Part shown: piece by piece, positions 13,851 to 25,019 of the stretch
How positions within the stretch are numbered: position 1 is the stretch's first letter
How the letters are laid out: the number at the start of each line of letters is the position of its first letter
NCBI GenBank assembly: GCA_964016885.1
Contig: OZ024740.1
Coordinates: 395,250,001-395,314,000, forward strand
Source: Eledone cirrhosa
Lineage: Eukaryota
DNA: 64,000 nt
Direction of reading: 5' to 3'
Program-made: the position numbers and the translations under genes
The notes under the pieces: generated by a model
The model's database searches: none
Told to the model about the DNA's origin: nothing
Seen by the model: only the letters and a program-made list of their open reading frames with translations

Positions 13851-15242
13851 AAGAGCTTTGCTATGTTCTATTCCTAACATCATATCCTTAGTTTCCATGT
13901 ATATCAGAGTAGCTACCATAGCTACAGCATGTTCATTGAAGTCAACAGCTGTGATAAGGATCATGCTGTCATCCATTATCAAAGCCATCTACAAGAAGAC
14001 ATCACAGAAATTATACTCCTCTTTATCCTCTAACATATTTTAAAAATCAAACACAACAAAATATCTCCAGCTTTGTTGAGCCATGTTATCCCTAAATTCA
14101 TCTCAACAAATCCCTTAATATCTTTCAATAGGTCTCCATTTCAAAAATGGTAAAGAGTATGTTGAAAAAGAATTGTCTGCTTTATCTAACAAGTTGTTGT
14201 TGTTAATGAGGAGAGATGTTGCCTCCAGGTCAACACTAATGAAGCAGACTTATCATTAGACAAGAGCGCATCATGTGTATGTGAGTGAGAGGGGGGCATA
14301 TTGCATCTACCTTCTCATCATTTTGGATATATATAGATATATATATATATAAAGTTCTGATGTATGAGTGCTTGCTGTTAATTGTGTTAAATGTATAAGT
14401 TTCTAAATATGTGTATGTGTTACATTGAATGTCACAGTGAAGTGATTAACTATAAGGAATTAATTGTTGCAGTAAACCCAGTGGTACTGAACTTTATAGA
14501 CCACCCGCCTAATCTATACAGTAGATTTACAACCTAATTGCTTTTTTGATTTACATGGAATAGAAGCAATAGAAGCAACAAGAAACATTTCCCAGTTGAC
14601 ACACCAAAGACAGGAATTTTTTTAGTTTTATCTGAAAACTGTTTCCTTACAGAGAAGAAGGTATGTCATATTCCCATATTTCAATATTCAAAATTTGTAT
14701 TTTTATTGTTGCTGTTTATCTATGTGACGATTCTGATCATTTGATCAAAGACATTCTAGGCATGACCAACACATCATATTCTAAGCCATAGTATGTCACA
14801 GACTACATCATCTAATGAGTCAGTTGTTTCTCTTTAAGGTTGTGTTCTGTGATTTGAGGAAGATTTACCTACTATTTTTAGCAAGTCAGTGTCTGCTTCA
14901 CTAAATTGATTAGTTCTGATGTTTGAAATAAATAAAATATTCTGCATTTTTGCTATTTATAACCTGTGTTTAATATACATATATATATATATATATTTAT
15001 TAAAATAACAGATTAAAGTTTAAGCAAAGAATCGCTGCTTTCACCCTTAACGGGAACTTCTGAAGCTAACTTCTGAAACTAATCTGTTATTTTAATAAAT
15101 ATTTGCTCTACGGTTCTTATATATTTGATATATATTTATCCTTATCGAGCCCTCTTTGGATTTTAGTCTTCAAATTTATTATTATTACTATATATATATA
15201 TACGATATTAACAAATGGAAACTATATTTATAAAACCATATT

Positions 15243-15307
15243 TATTTTATTATACATATTTCAAGGATACCACGTTAAATTATGGTATGCTTTCATCAGA
15301 CAAAATA
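15243..15307 (-). ncRNA. Minimal type I hammerhead ribozyme
   Basis: rc: ATTTTGT CTGATGA AAGCATACCAT-loop-GTGGTATCCTT GAAA T ATGT A TA ATAAAAT. Stems I, II and III pair; cleavage triplet AUA. Confidence 0.75.
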
Positions 15308-15380
15308 CAATATAGAACAGTTTTATAAATAAATCTTGACATACCCTTAAAAAATGCAACCATTACTGTTGAAAGCTCCA

Positions 15381-15419
<39 letters not shown>

Positions 15420-15545
15420 TACAATTAAATATAGTATGTAACCTTCTGAGCAGTTTACTGTAATAAATCTTATATTTTGAGGTGTAAAAATTTCTTAACC
15501 TACCTTTATATGTTTTCGTATTTGAAAAAGACTTATTCTCTCTCA

Positions 15546-15610
<65 letters not shown>

Positions 15611-15653
15611 ATGATATTAAATAAATGGAAACTATATTTATAAAACCATATTT

Positions 15654-15717
15654 ATTTTATTATATATATTTCAAGGGCAACCAAGCAAACCTTGGTGCAC
15701 TTTCATCAGATAAAATA
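15654..15717 (-). ncRNA. Minimal type I hammerhead ribozyme
   Basis: rc: ATTTTAT CTGATGA AAGTGCACCAAG GTTTG CTTGGTTGCCCTT GAAA T ATAT A TA ATAAAAT. Intact core and palindromic loop 3. Confidence 0.82.
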
Positions 15718-16617
15718 CAAAGTTTGTTTTATAAATAAAGACGTACCCATGCTACATATATATATATATTTTTTTTCTTCCTAATAATCGTCTTTTTCTC
15801 CCTGTTTTCACATATATATATATTTATATATATATTACAAAAATAAACTATCAAAGCGTTGGTTAGATTGAAATTCTTAGAAAAGGTATGATTTCCCAAA
15901 TGCACAAAATATCTGTAACCACAGTTGATTAATATAAATAATACTTTAGAAAATCTGTAGGTAGAAAAAGTGGCCAGCAACCACTATGAAAAATTGAACT
16001 CAGTACCTCCTGGCTGGGTGTGTGGGGGCAGCATTTAGTGATGATAATGATGATGATGGTGATGATGATGATGGTGTTGGTGGTGGTGGTGGTTGTAGGT
16101 GTTGTAGTGGCAGTGTTGCTGATAATGGTGTTGATGTGTGTGATAATGATGATGATGATGATAATGATGGATGGGGTGGTGGTGATGGTATAGTACTGGT
16201 AGTGCTACTGATGGTGATCATGGTAGAACTCTAGAGTTTGGTTCTTCATAGCAGCTGCTGGCCACCTCTTTACATGTGTAGGGGTATTTTACTGGATTCT
16301 CTAAGCTATTATTTAAAGCAATAGACTGTGGTTACAGTTATTTTATAGGTTTGAGATCTTTACATTTTCTAAGAATATACATGTGTGTGGTGGGGAGAGG
16401 GGCATGTGTGTGTGTTCATGTGTCTGTGACTGTATGGATGGGCAATGTCTGAAATCAGCGGTCACTTAGCATTCATGGAAGTATCGTAATTGTTGTTTCT
16501 AATGCTAAAATGGACTTCTGCAAACTGGTAGCTAGCTATTTATTTTGGATCAAGTGCTTCGAAGTTGATGTATATCCCTTTGTATATGATGTGTTTGTGT
16601 TAGATGTATATATATAT

Positions 16618-17659
16618 AGTTGGTGTTCATCAGGGCTCTGTTCTTAGCCCCCTACTATTTATTATTGCCCTTCAGGCCATAACAGTGGAGTTCAAGACCG
16701 GCTGCCCATGGGAACTCCTATACGCAGATGATCTAAGGCTCATAGCTGAATCAATGGCCGAGCTAGAGACGAAATTCCAAACATGGAAGCACAGCCTAGA
16801 ATCAAAAGGCCTTAAAATTAACCTGGCTAAGACTAAAGTTCTAGTTTGTAGGAAAGAAAATAAGGCGCCGGTCCCTTCCGGGAAATGGCCATGCTCAGTG
16901 TGTAGGAAAGGCGTAGGTAGAAACTACATTTTATGTCCCAAATGCAAAGTATGGGTGCATAAAAGATGTAGTGGGATCACAGGTAAGCTAACTAAGAACA
17001 TAGATTTTACATGTGGCCGGTGCTCTGGTGAAATAAGTAGCAGCAAGTGCCCACAAAATACTAGCTCTTTCAATTGCGCAGAGGGTTCTATAGAAATAGT
17101 GGACAGCTTCCGTTACCTGGGTGACAAAATCAGCAGTGGCGGAGGGTGCTCTGAAAGTACAGTAGCTAGAGTCAGAACTGGATGGAAAAAGTTCAGAGAG
17201 CTTATACCACTATTAGCCGCTAAAGGGTTCTCCCTAAAAATGAAAGGCAGGTTGTATGATGCCTGCATACGAACAGCAATGTTGCATGGCAGTGAGACCT
17301 GGGCATTGTGTGCAGAGGATATACGCAGACTAGAGAGGAACGAAGCTTGCATGCTCCGCCGGATGTGTAATAGTAATATACGTGAACGGCAAAGCATAAG
17401 CGAACTAAGGAAAAAATTAGAAATAAGAGGGATCAGATGTTGTTTACTCGAGAGAAGGCTACGTTGGTATGGTCACGTGATGCGCATGAAAGTCAACAGC
17501 TGTATAACAAAGTGCAGGGCAATAAAGATAGACGGTAGCCACGGAGTAGGCAGACCCAGAAAAACCTGGGACGAGCTGATAAATTCCGACTTCACACACT
17601 TACACCTCTCCAAGACAATTTGGTGGTACTCAGTAATAGAGAAGACCCGCCTTACCTAA
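16618..17659 (+). pseudogene. RTE ORF C-terminal half (RT with inserted PHD-like Cys/His finger)
   Basis: RT motifs as above. CSVC..CPKC..HKRC..CGRC lies between the YADD and YLG motifs. Confidence 0.88.
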
Positions 17660-18048
17660 ATACAAAGTGAAACCTACTACAGTCAGTAGGCATCTCTAAC
17701 AAAATACACCCCCGTCCCACCACCCCTACCCTTCCACACCGCCCCTTTCAATGTAAAGTTATGTTGGTGCCACAACATCCAGGCCGAAACAAATGAGGTC
17801 ATGTAGGTGTCACGACAAAAAAACACACAGTCCACGCTGTAATGTGGCCGTGTAGGTAACACGGTAAAAACCTCCCAGCCCCACACTGTAAATGTGGTTG
17901 GTGTTAGGAAGGGCATCCAACCGTAGAAAACCCGCCAGACAGTCCTATGCGAGCAAGACAACCACTCTTGCCTCAAGTGGGAAAACTCCCGTCCAAACCC
18001 ATGCAAGCGTGGAACATGGACGTTAAACGATGATGATGATGATGATGA
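16618..18048 (+). mobile_element. 5'-truncated RTE-clade LINE with long 3' UTR and (GAT)n tail
   Basis: ORF 16604-17659 has GVHQGSVLSPLLF, LLYADDL, FRYLG and RRLRWYGHV; it ends in GGACGTTAAAC(GAT)n. Confidence 0.93.
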
Positions 18049-18497
18049 GTGGTAAGAGTGTTGGATTTACAATAATAGTGTCATGGGTTCGATTCCTGGA
18101 TTGCATGTTGTGTTCTTGAGCAAAACACTTCATTTCACGTTGCTCCAGTATACTCACCTGAAAGTTAGTACCAGCAATAGCTGGAGGTTTAACTCTGAAG
18201 TGGACTGGTGTCCTGTCAAGGAGGGACTCTTGTACTCTCAGACGCTTCATGCCATGAAACCGGGATAAGCACCGGTCAACTGAGCCTTCTGGCTTAAGAC
18301 AGACTTTAGACTTTTTTTTTAATATATATATATGGCATGTTCACATGTCTACATATTAAAAATACATATATTTATTTACACATTGGCAGTCTCAGTTACA
18401 TAATCTACATACATACAGATACAACTTTATTGTACATTTCAGCTGCTTAGTGCACTTCTTAATATTTACCTTAGTTAACTGCGAGCATGAAAATTAT

Positions 18498-18551
18498 ATG
18501 CAAATTAGAATGCCCATTTCAGAATACTACTAAGAGCAAATGGTTATATAA
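18498..18551 (+). promoter_or_regulatory. Octamer ATGCAAAT (18498) + TATATAA (18545)
   Basis: Same motif pair and similar spacing upstream of the hammerheads at 35.4 and 48.3 kb. Confidence 0.55.
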
Positions 18552-18593
18552 CCCTATCAATTGTGTTTCCTTTGGGTTGTTTCGATGACATCT

Positions 18594-18643
18594 ATGCCTT
18601 CTGATGAGAGATCTTACTACATCTGAAAATCAATTAAAGGTGT
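18594..18643 (+). ncRNA. Type I hammerhead ribozyme, slightly decayed
   Basis: ATGCCTT CTGATGA GAGAT cttactac ATCT GAAA A TCAA T TA AAGGTGT, followed by a T7 run at 18650. Confidence 0.65.
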
Positions 18644-18791
18644 TTATCATTTTTTTCAATTTACAGGGAAATTTGTATTTTCTAGCATGTTTACATGTCT
18701 AATATTAAAAATCTGTATATATATATATAGATATAACTTTATAGTATATTTTGGCTGCTTACCACACTTCTTGATATATATATATATATAT

Positions 18792-19340
18792 CATAATCAT
18801 CATCATCATTTAACGTCCACTTTCGACACTAGCATGGGTTAGACTGTTGTCCCATTTGAGGCAAGTTGGTTCAGGTGACCATGTCTTGCTCATATAGAAC
18901 TGTTTCTGGAAAGATTTCTACAGTTGGATGCCCTTCCTAATGCCAACCACATTTAGTGTGTGTGCTGGGTGCTTTTTGTCGTGACACTTACACAACCACT
19001 TTACAGTGTGAGCTGGGTGTTTTTTGTTGTGTCACCTACATGACCAGTTTACAGTGTGGGCTGGGTGCTTTTTGTCATGACACCTACATGACCAATTTAC
19101 TGTGTGGGCTGGGTGCTTTTTGTTGTGACACCTACATGACTACTTTACAGTGTGGGCTGGGTGCTTTTTGTTGTGACACCTACACGACCACCTTACAGTG
19201 TGGGCTGGGTGCTTTTTGATGTGACACCTATATGACCACTTTACATTGTGGGCTGGGTGCTTTTTGTCATGACACCTACACAACCACTTTACTGTGTGGG
19301 CTGAGTGTTTTTTGATACCTACACCACCACCTTACAGGTT
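18792..19340 (-). mobile_element. SINE/RTE-type 3' tail with internal expansion of the 48-bp unit (~8 units)
   Basis: (CAT)n TTTAACGTCC..GGATGCCCTTCCTAA runs directly into tandem 48-bp units. Confidence 0.85.
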
Positions 19341-20420
19341 ATTATTGATTATTAATAAGTCTAATTTGTCATCATCAACATCATTATCAGCATCTAACAT
19401 CTATATTCCATGCTTGCATGGATTAGATGGGTAGTCACGTTCTGAGATTAAACAGACCAGATGACTGTCTCTTACTCTTACCTTCCATTAAGTTAGATTG
19501 GTTGGCGTGAGAGAGGGGGGTGGGTTTCAACTTGGAAGTGGGGGCAGATGGAGGTTGCTTTATGGAATGAGTGATGACTGAAAAGGTATTGATGGGAGGG
19601 GAGTTCTACATATTTCTTGCCAAGGAAGATGAGAGACTGATTTCTTGAGCTACATTGATGGGAAGAAGGGTCTCCTATTTTCAAACGCACATGGTTGGTT
19701 AAAGAAGGGGGAATCAGGGATTTGAAGGAATGAGTGCACATCATCTGGCAGTGCCCTGCAGAAGGCACACCTATTTTTCTGTTGGTACAGGTTGGGTGTT
19801 GGATAAGGAATCAGGGATGTGGACAGGAAGGGAAGACTAGTTGCATTTCATCCCATGCAAGGGGGAGGGAGAGTTCTTTTTCAAAATGACACATCACCAG
19901 TTGACTCTTGTGTCATCACCTTCAAGAGGTTTTACTTCATGAAGTTATGTTTCATGAGGTTCTACCTCATGAACTTATGCTTCATGAGGTCAGCCTTGAT
20001 CACATCATCCCACATTTTCCATCAACTGTAAAACAGGTGTGGTAGGGGGTGAAGAGGAGGAGGGAAGGGATTAAGGTATAGGAGGAGGGAGGAGGAAGAA
20101 AGAAAAAGAAAAAGAGGAGGATGTGTGGGTGAGAATAATGGATATACTTATAAATTCCCATTGCCTCATAAATCTTTTATTAAGGTCAACACATAGTTAC
20201 TTGAATAACAAAGGAAAACAAAAGAAAATAAAGTATACAAAATACCAAATACTAAACTGTGTTTAACATACAAGAAACAGGGAATATATTAACATACATA
20301 CATATACATGTATGTATGTAAGTGTTATATACACACACACACACATATATATATAGAGAGAGAGATAGATAGATAGATACACACACACACATATATATAC
20401 ATATATATAGATATATATAT

Positions 20421-21117
20421 ACTTTTTCAGTTTGTATGGCGTTTTAACGTTTAGCTCTGGTTTTTTAACTATTGAGTGCTTGTCAGCATAACTCTTATTT
20501 TGCGTTTCGTTTCGCTTTTTCTACCCGCCGAAATGCAATTCTCGCTGAATTTATATTTGTATTAATCTCCCAAGTCTAAACTGTTAATAATTCTATTGAC
20601 AGATTAATTGCATAAGTTTATTTTAAAAACTACCTGGTTGAGTGCTTATTCGATTTGTGCTATTTATGCATGATTTTGCATGATTTACACATACTGAATT
20701 CATTTGTGAGTTACACATGTGCTTTTACAAAGCTCTACGTCATTCACAAAGTTGGTGCAGAGCAAAATACCTGTTGATAACGTGATATTCCTTGTTCGAT
20801 CATTATACCAAAAGCTTATAGTTTTAAGCAGACAGCATTATTGATTTAGGTGTCATAGAAACCCTGCATTTGGATTTTACCATCAATTCCAATGGGTCCA
20901 GGTCTGTTTTTATCATTTATTTTGTTTGACCTGTTTAGCTTGATTTGTTTTTTGGCTTAGGTGGTTAATGCCTTCTTGACCACTTTTTCAGTTTGTATGG
21001 CGTTTTAACATATTGTTTAGCTCTGGTTTTTTAACTATTGAGTTTTTTAACTCTGATTTTGTGTTTCGTTTCGCTTTTTCTACTCGCGGAAATACGATTC
21101 TCGCTGAATTTATATTA
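20421..21117. mobile_element. ~560-bp unit with ~135-bp direct terminal repeats, set in microsatellite
   Basis: ACTTTTTCAGTTTGTATGGCG..CTCGCTGAATTTATATT at 20421-20557 and 20982-21117. Confidence 0.7.
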
Positions 21118-21168
21118 GATATATATATAGATAGATAGATAGATACACACATACACACACACACACAC

Positions 21169-21200
<32 letters not shown>

Positions 21201-21201
<1 letters not shown>

Positions 21202-21515
21202 AAGGCACATGGCTTTGTGGTTAGAGCATTGGGCTCACAATCGTGAGCTTATGAGTTCAATTCTCAGACTGGGCTTTGCATTGTGTTCTTAAGCAAGATA
21301 CTTTATTTCACATTGCTCTAGTCCACTCAGCAGTAGAAATGAGTTGCGATGTCACTGGTGCCAAGCTGTATCAGCCATTACCTTTCTCTTGGACAACATC
21401 AGTGGCGTGGAGAGGAGAGACTGGTATGCATGGGTGACTGCTGGTCTTGCACAAACACCTTGCCCAGACTTGTACCTCGGAGGGGAACTTTCTAGGTGCA
21501 AACCCAATGATCATG
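21201..21515 (+). mobile_element. tRNA-derived SINE (family A-type head, different body)
   Basis: GGCACATGGCTTTGTGGTTAGAGC A-box, GAGTTCAATTC B-box, CTTAAGCAAGATACTTT core. Confidence 0.8.
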
Positions 21516-22250
21516 GCCTTGCTCAGTATGTAGGAAAGGTGTAGGTTGAAATTCCATCCTCTGCCCCAAATGCAAACTATGGGTTCACAAGAGATGTAAC
21601 AGAATATCAGGAAGATTACCTAAGAATGTAGGCTTTATATGAAGTGGTTGCAGCAAGACAGTAAGCAACAAACGACAATAGGAAACAAGCACTACAAAAT
21701 TCTGGGAGGACTTGGCAGAAACAGAAGGCAGCTTCTGATACCTGGATGACCAAATCAACAGTGGAGGGGGTCTTCTGAAAGTACAGTTGCCAGAGTAAGA
21801 AAGAGATGGAAGAAGTTTGGAGAGCTACTACCACAGCTAGCTACAAAAGGCTTTTCTTTCAAAATGAATGGCCGACTATATGATGCATGCATACGAACAA
21901 CAATGATGCATGGTAGTGAGATCTGGGCACTGAGTGCAGAAGACTTACGTAGATTGGAAAGGAATGAAACTTGCATGCTCCAATGGATGGATAATAATTA
22001 TATATGTGAACAGCAAAGCGTACAGGAGAGGAGATTGTGTTGGTATGGACATGTAATGTGTATGAAGGATGATAGTGATATAAAAAGGTGCAGAGTGCTC
22101 AGAGTCGATGGAAGCCATGGAGTGGGGAGAGCCAAGAAGATTTGGGGTGAGGAGATAAAAGCTGACCATGCCCAGTTGCACCTCTCAAAGGTGATGACAC
22201 AGAACTGAGATCTCTGGCGTTACGCAGTACTACAGAAGATCAATGAGCAC
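21515..22250 (+). mobile_element. Degenerate RTE LINE fragment
   Basis: GRLYDACIRTTMMHGSE..RRLCWYGHV; homologous to the 16.6 kb copy. Confidence 0.88.
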
Positions 22251-22329
22251 AAGCCAAAACTGAAGCATATAAATAGTATGCACACACACCCCTGCCCCCA
22301 CCTTGTCATTTCTGCTGAAGAAATGTGAA

Positions 22330-24225
22330 AGATACACAATTTGTTCACTGGAAATCAGGAATATAAGCCTGACCTATTATTTCTTTGTGGATGACCTGAA
22401 ACTCTAAGCGAAGAGCATAAATGGGATGAAGAAAAACCTTGACCTGGTTGTGACATCCTCGAAGGATATAAGAATGGAGTTTTGCCAGGATATATGATTG
22501 TAAAGTGAGGAAAAGCTGCAAACTAATCTAGCACCATTTTTATCAATGACCTGACTGTTTCACTGGTATCTGATGAGGACTGCTACATATACTTAGGGAG
22601 GGACTAAAAATAATCTTATGATACCAGGGAATATAAGACCTGGATAAGAAAAATATAGTCTTCTGAACTCTCTGTACCCAATGAATCTGTGGCTCACCAT
22701 TTGTTGTGTCTGTCCTAAAACCAATTTTGGAAATATTTGATTGGACACTAGATGAAATCAAAGCCATTGATGCTAAAACCTGAAACATACTAACCAACAC
22801 TGGAAATTTCCACATCAACAGTGATTTAGACTGCCTCTACCTGAAATGTTGACAGGGAGGCAGAGGCTTAACATCAATTCAAACAGCATTTGAGTATTGC
22901 ATCATATCCCTCCAACAACATCTACAAACCACCAAGCATAGAACAAGTATGTCTACATGAGGCAAATAACATCATGAGAGTTGGGAAAGAGCTCTTTGAG
23001 AAATACTCCCTGCATGATAGCCAAAAATTTACACCCAGGGAAATTGCACAGCAACACAGCAATGAATCCATAGATGAAAACCTGCATGCTTACCAACAAA
23101 AAAATCATGCATGGTTATGTCACCAGAAGGCTCCAAAGGGAGAGTAATATAGATAAGTAAAGCAGTCTATCTTCGACCAACAACTGCTATATTGGCTCTC
23201 ACTGTAAATATATGCTTTTGCAATTCAAGAACAGGAAATTACTACAAAATACCTAATTTACAAAAAAGATAGGGATACAGGCAAAACACCTAGATGTGAC
23301 AACAGATGCAGATTGTGGAGTTAACATTGAACATGTCATCTATGTCATAAGCAGCTGTCCAAAGATCTCATCACGATGCTATCTACCTGTGAGACATTAT
23401 GTAATGGTCAAAACACTATAGAATGCAATCTATAGAAAGGATAGTTCTTACAATAAACATATAAAAAGTTACAACAATGTAGAGGATATCATCATCACTA
23501 TGATCATCCTTTTTACATCTGCTTTTCCATGATGCATGGGTTGGACAGGTCTTTTTCAGCACAGCATCTCTCCATTCACCATGTTCTTTCATCATCATCT
23601 CTGAATACGAAAGAGTACTGATGGAATGTCCCAGTCAAAACCCAAATAAAATGCAAACACATCAAACCACATATAGTGATATGAGACAGAGAAAAGAAGG
23701 CATCCACAGTAGTGGAAGTCAGCTGCCCAGCAGATGTCAATATATTGCTAAAGATCAGTGAAAAGGAGAACATTTATGCTGAAATAATGAAGAATCTGCA
23801 GATACTCCACCTTAACTATAACCTTAGATTTATACCTGTGATCATTGGGGCTCTTAGATAACTTACTAACTATTTCACTACAAATCTTGAGAAGATGGGC
23901 TTCACAGAACCAGAAAGTTAGAAAATTGTAAGTACAGAGTTATTAATGGAACTTTAAAATTATGTAAAAATTTTCAGAAAATCTCCATGTAATAACAACA
24001 TATACATATGTATAGACACAGAAACATATGCATGTGTACACATATAACTCAAAACAGGCAGATTCATACCTGCAAAATATACAATAACATCCATGTCTGC
24101 ACACACACACACACATGTATTTACCTAGTTGATGTCAAAATTCTAATGAAAGTCTTGTGACTATGTTACAAACTGATTCTCTCTCTATTGATGAAAATTT
24201 ATAAAATAATAAAACCAGAAGAACG
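22330..24225 (+). mobile_element. Degenerate R4/Dong-like LINE (RT end, CCHC knuckle, RLE), interrupted by an RTE tail at ~23490-23600
   Basis: LYLK..GGRGL, AIQEQEITTKY, CRL..H..C remnants and VVEVSCP..EKENIY; shares its 3' UTR with the copy at 1.2-1.86 kb. Confidence 0.78.
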
Positions 24226-25019
24226 TACATAAATACATACACACAATACATGTGTATATGTGTATGTATATATGCACATGCACCTGCACCTGCACACAAA
24301 CAAAAACATAACTATAAAAATTATAGTCCATTTCAAAGTTAAATATATATTTAGTTACATTTAAATTAACACTTTTTTTAAGCTGCTTTGAGTCATGCTT
24401 TATAACTCTGAAGATGATGATGATGTTGGTGGTGGTAGTGGTGGTAGGGAGTAATAAGAGAAGGAGGAGAGTAGTAGTAATGATAATGCTAGCAGGAAGT
24501 AGTGTTGATTAGTATGGAAGGAAAATTATCTTGTTTTTGTTGTTGGTGTTGGTTTATCGTCAGATCACCCTCAATTAAATAGACTGGTGGCTGGGGTGAT
24601 GACAGTGGTAGTGGTTAACATCATCATTACTATCATTCTCATCATCTACTCTTCTCCAACACATCTCAAACAGTATTGGCTGCTATAAAACTCTGATACT
24701 GATGGTGATATCTACCAAAATGTCACTGCATTATTCCATGAAACAGAATATTTGTCATTTATTGACTAGTGTAACCATGCTTTGCCATTTTAATTCATTC
24801 TTTAGGTTTAGTTTTCTCTCCAGGTTCATCAAGATTATAAGATTGTGCCTTTCATCTAATTCTTCACTTGATCTGGATTGATAATGTATGTTTTCATTCT
24901 ATAGCTATTCAAATTATTGGGCAATATAAATTTTGTGTATATATATATATTGCCTGACCCATGCAAACCTGGAAAAACGGATGTAAAAATGATGGCTGTT
25001 CACCTATATTAGAAGCTAT

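Larger units (their letters stand above)
18334..18777 (+). mobile_element. Retrozyme-like non-coding unit (~350 bp period, direct terminal repeats)
   Basis: GCATGTTYACATGTCTA..CAACTTTAT..GCTGCTTA..CACTTCTT at 18334-18465 and 18685-18777. Inside are an octamer, a TATA box and a hammerhead. Flanked by (TA)n. Confidence 0.65.
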
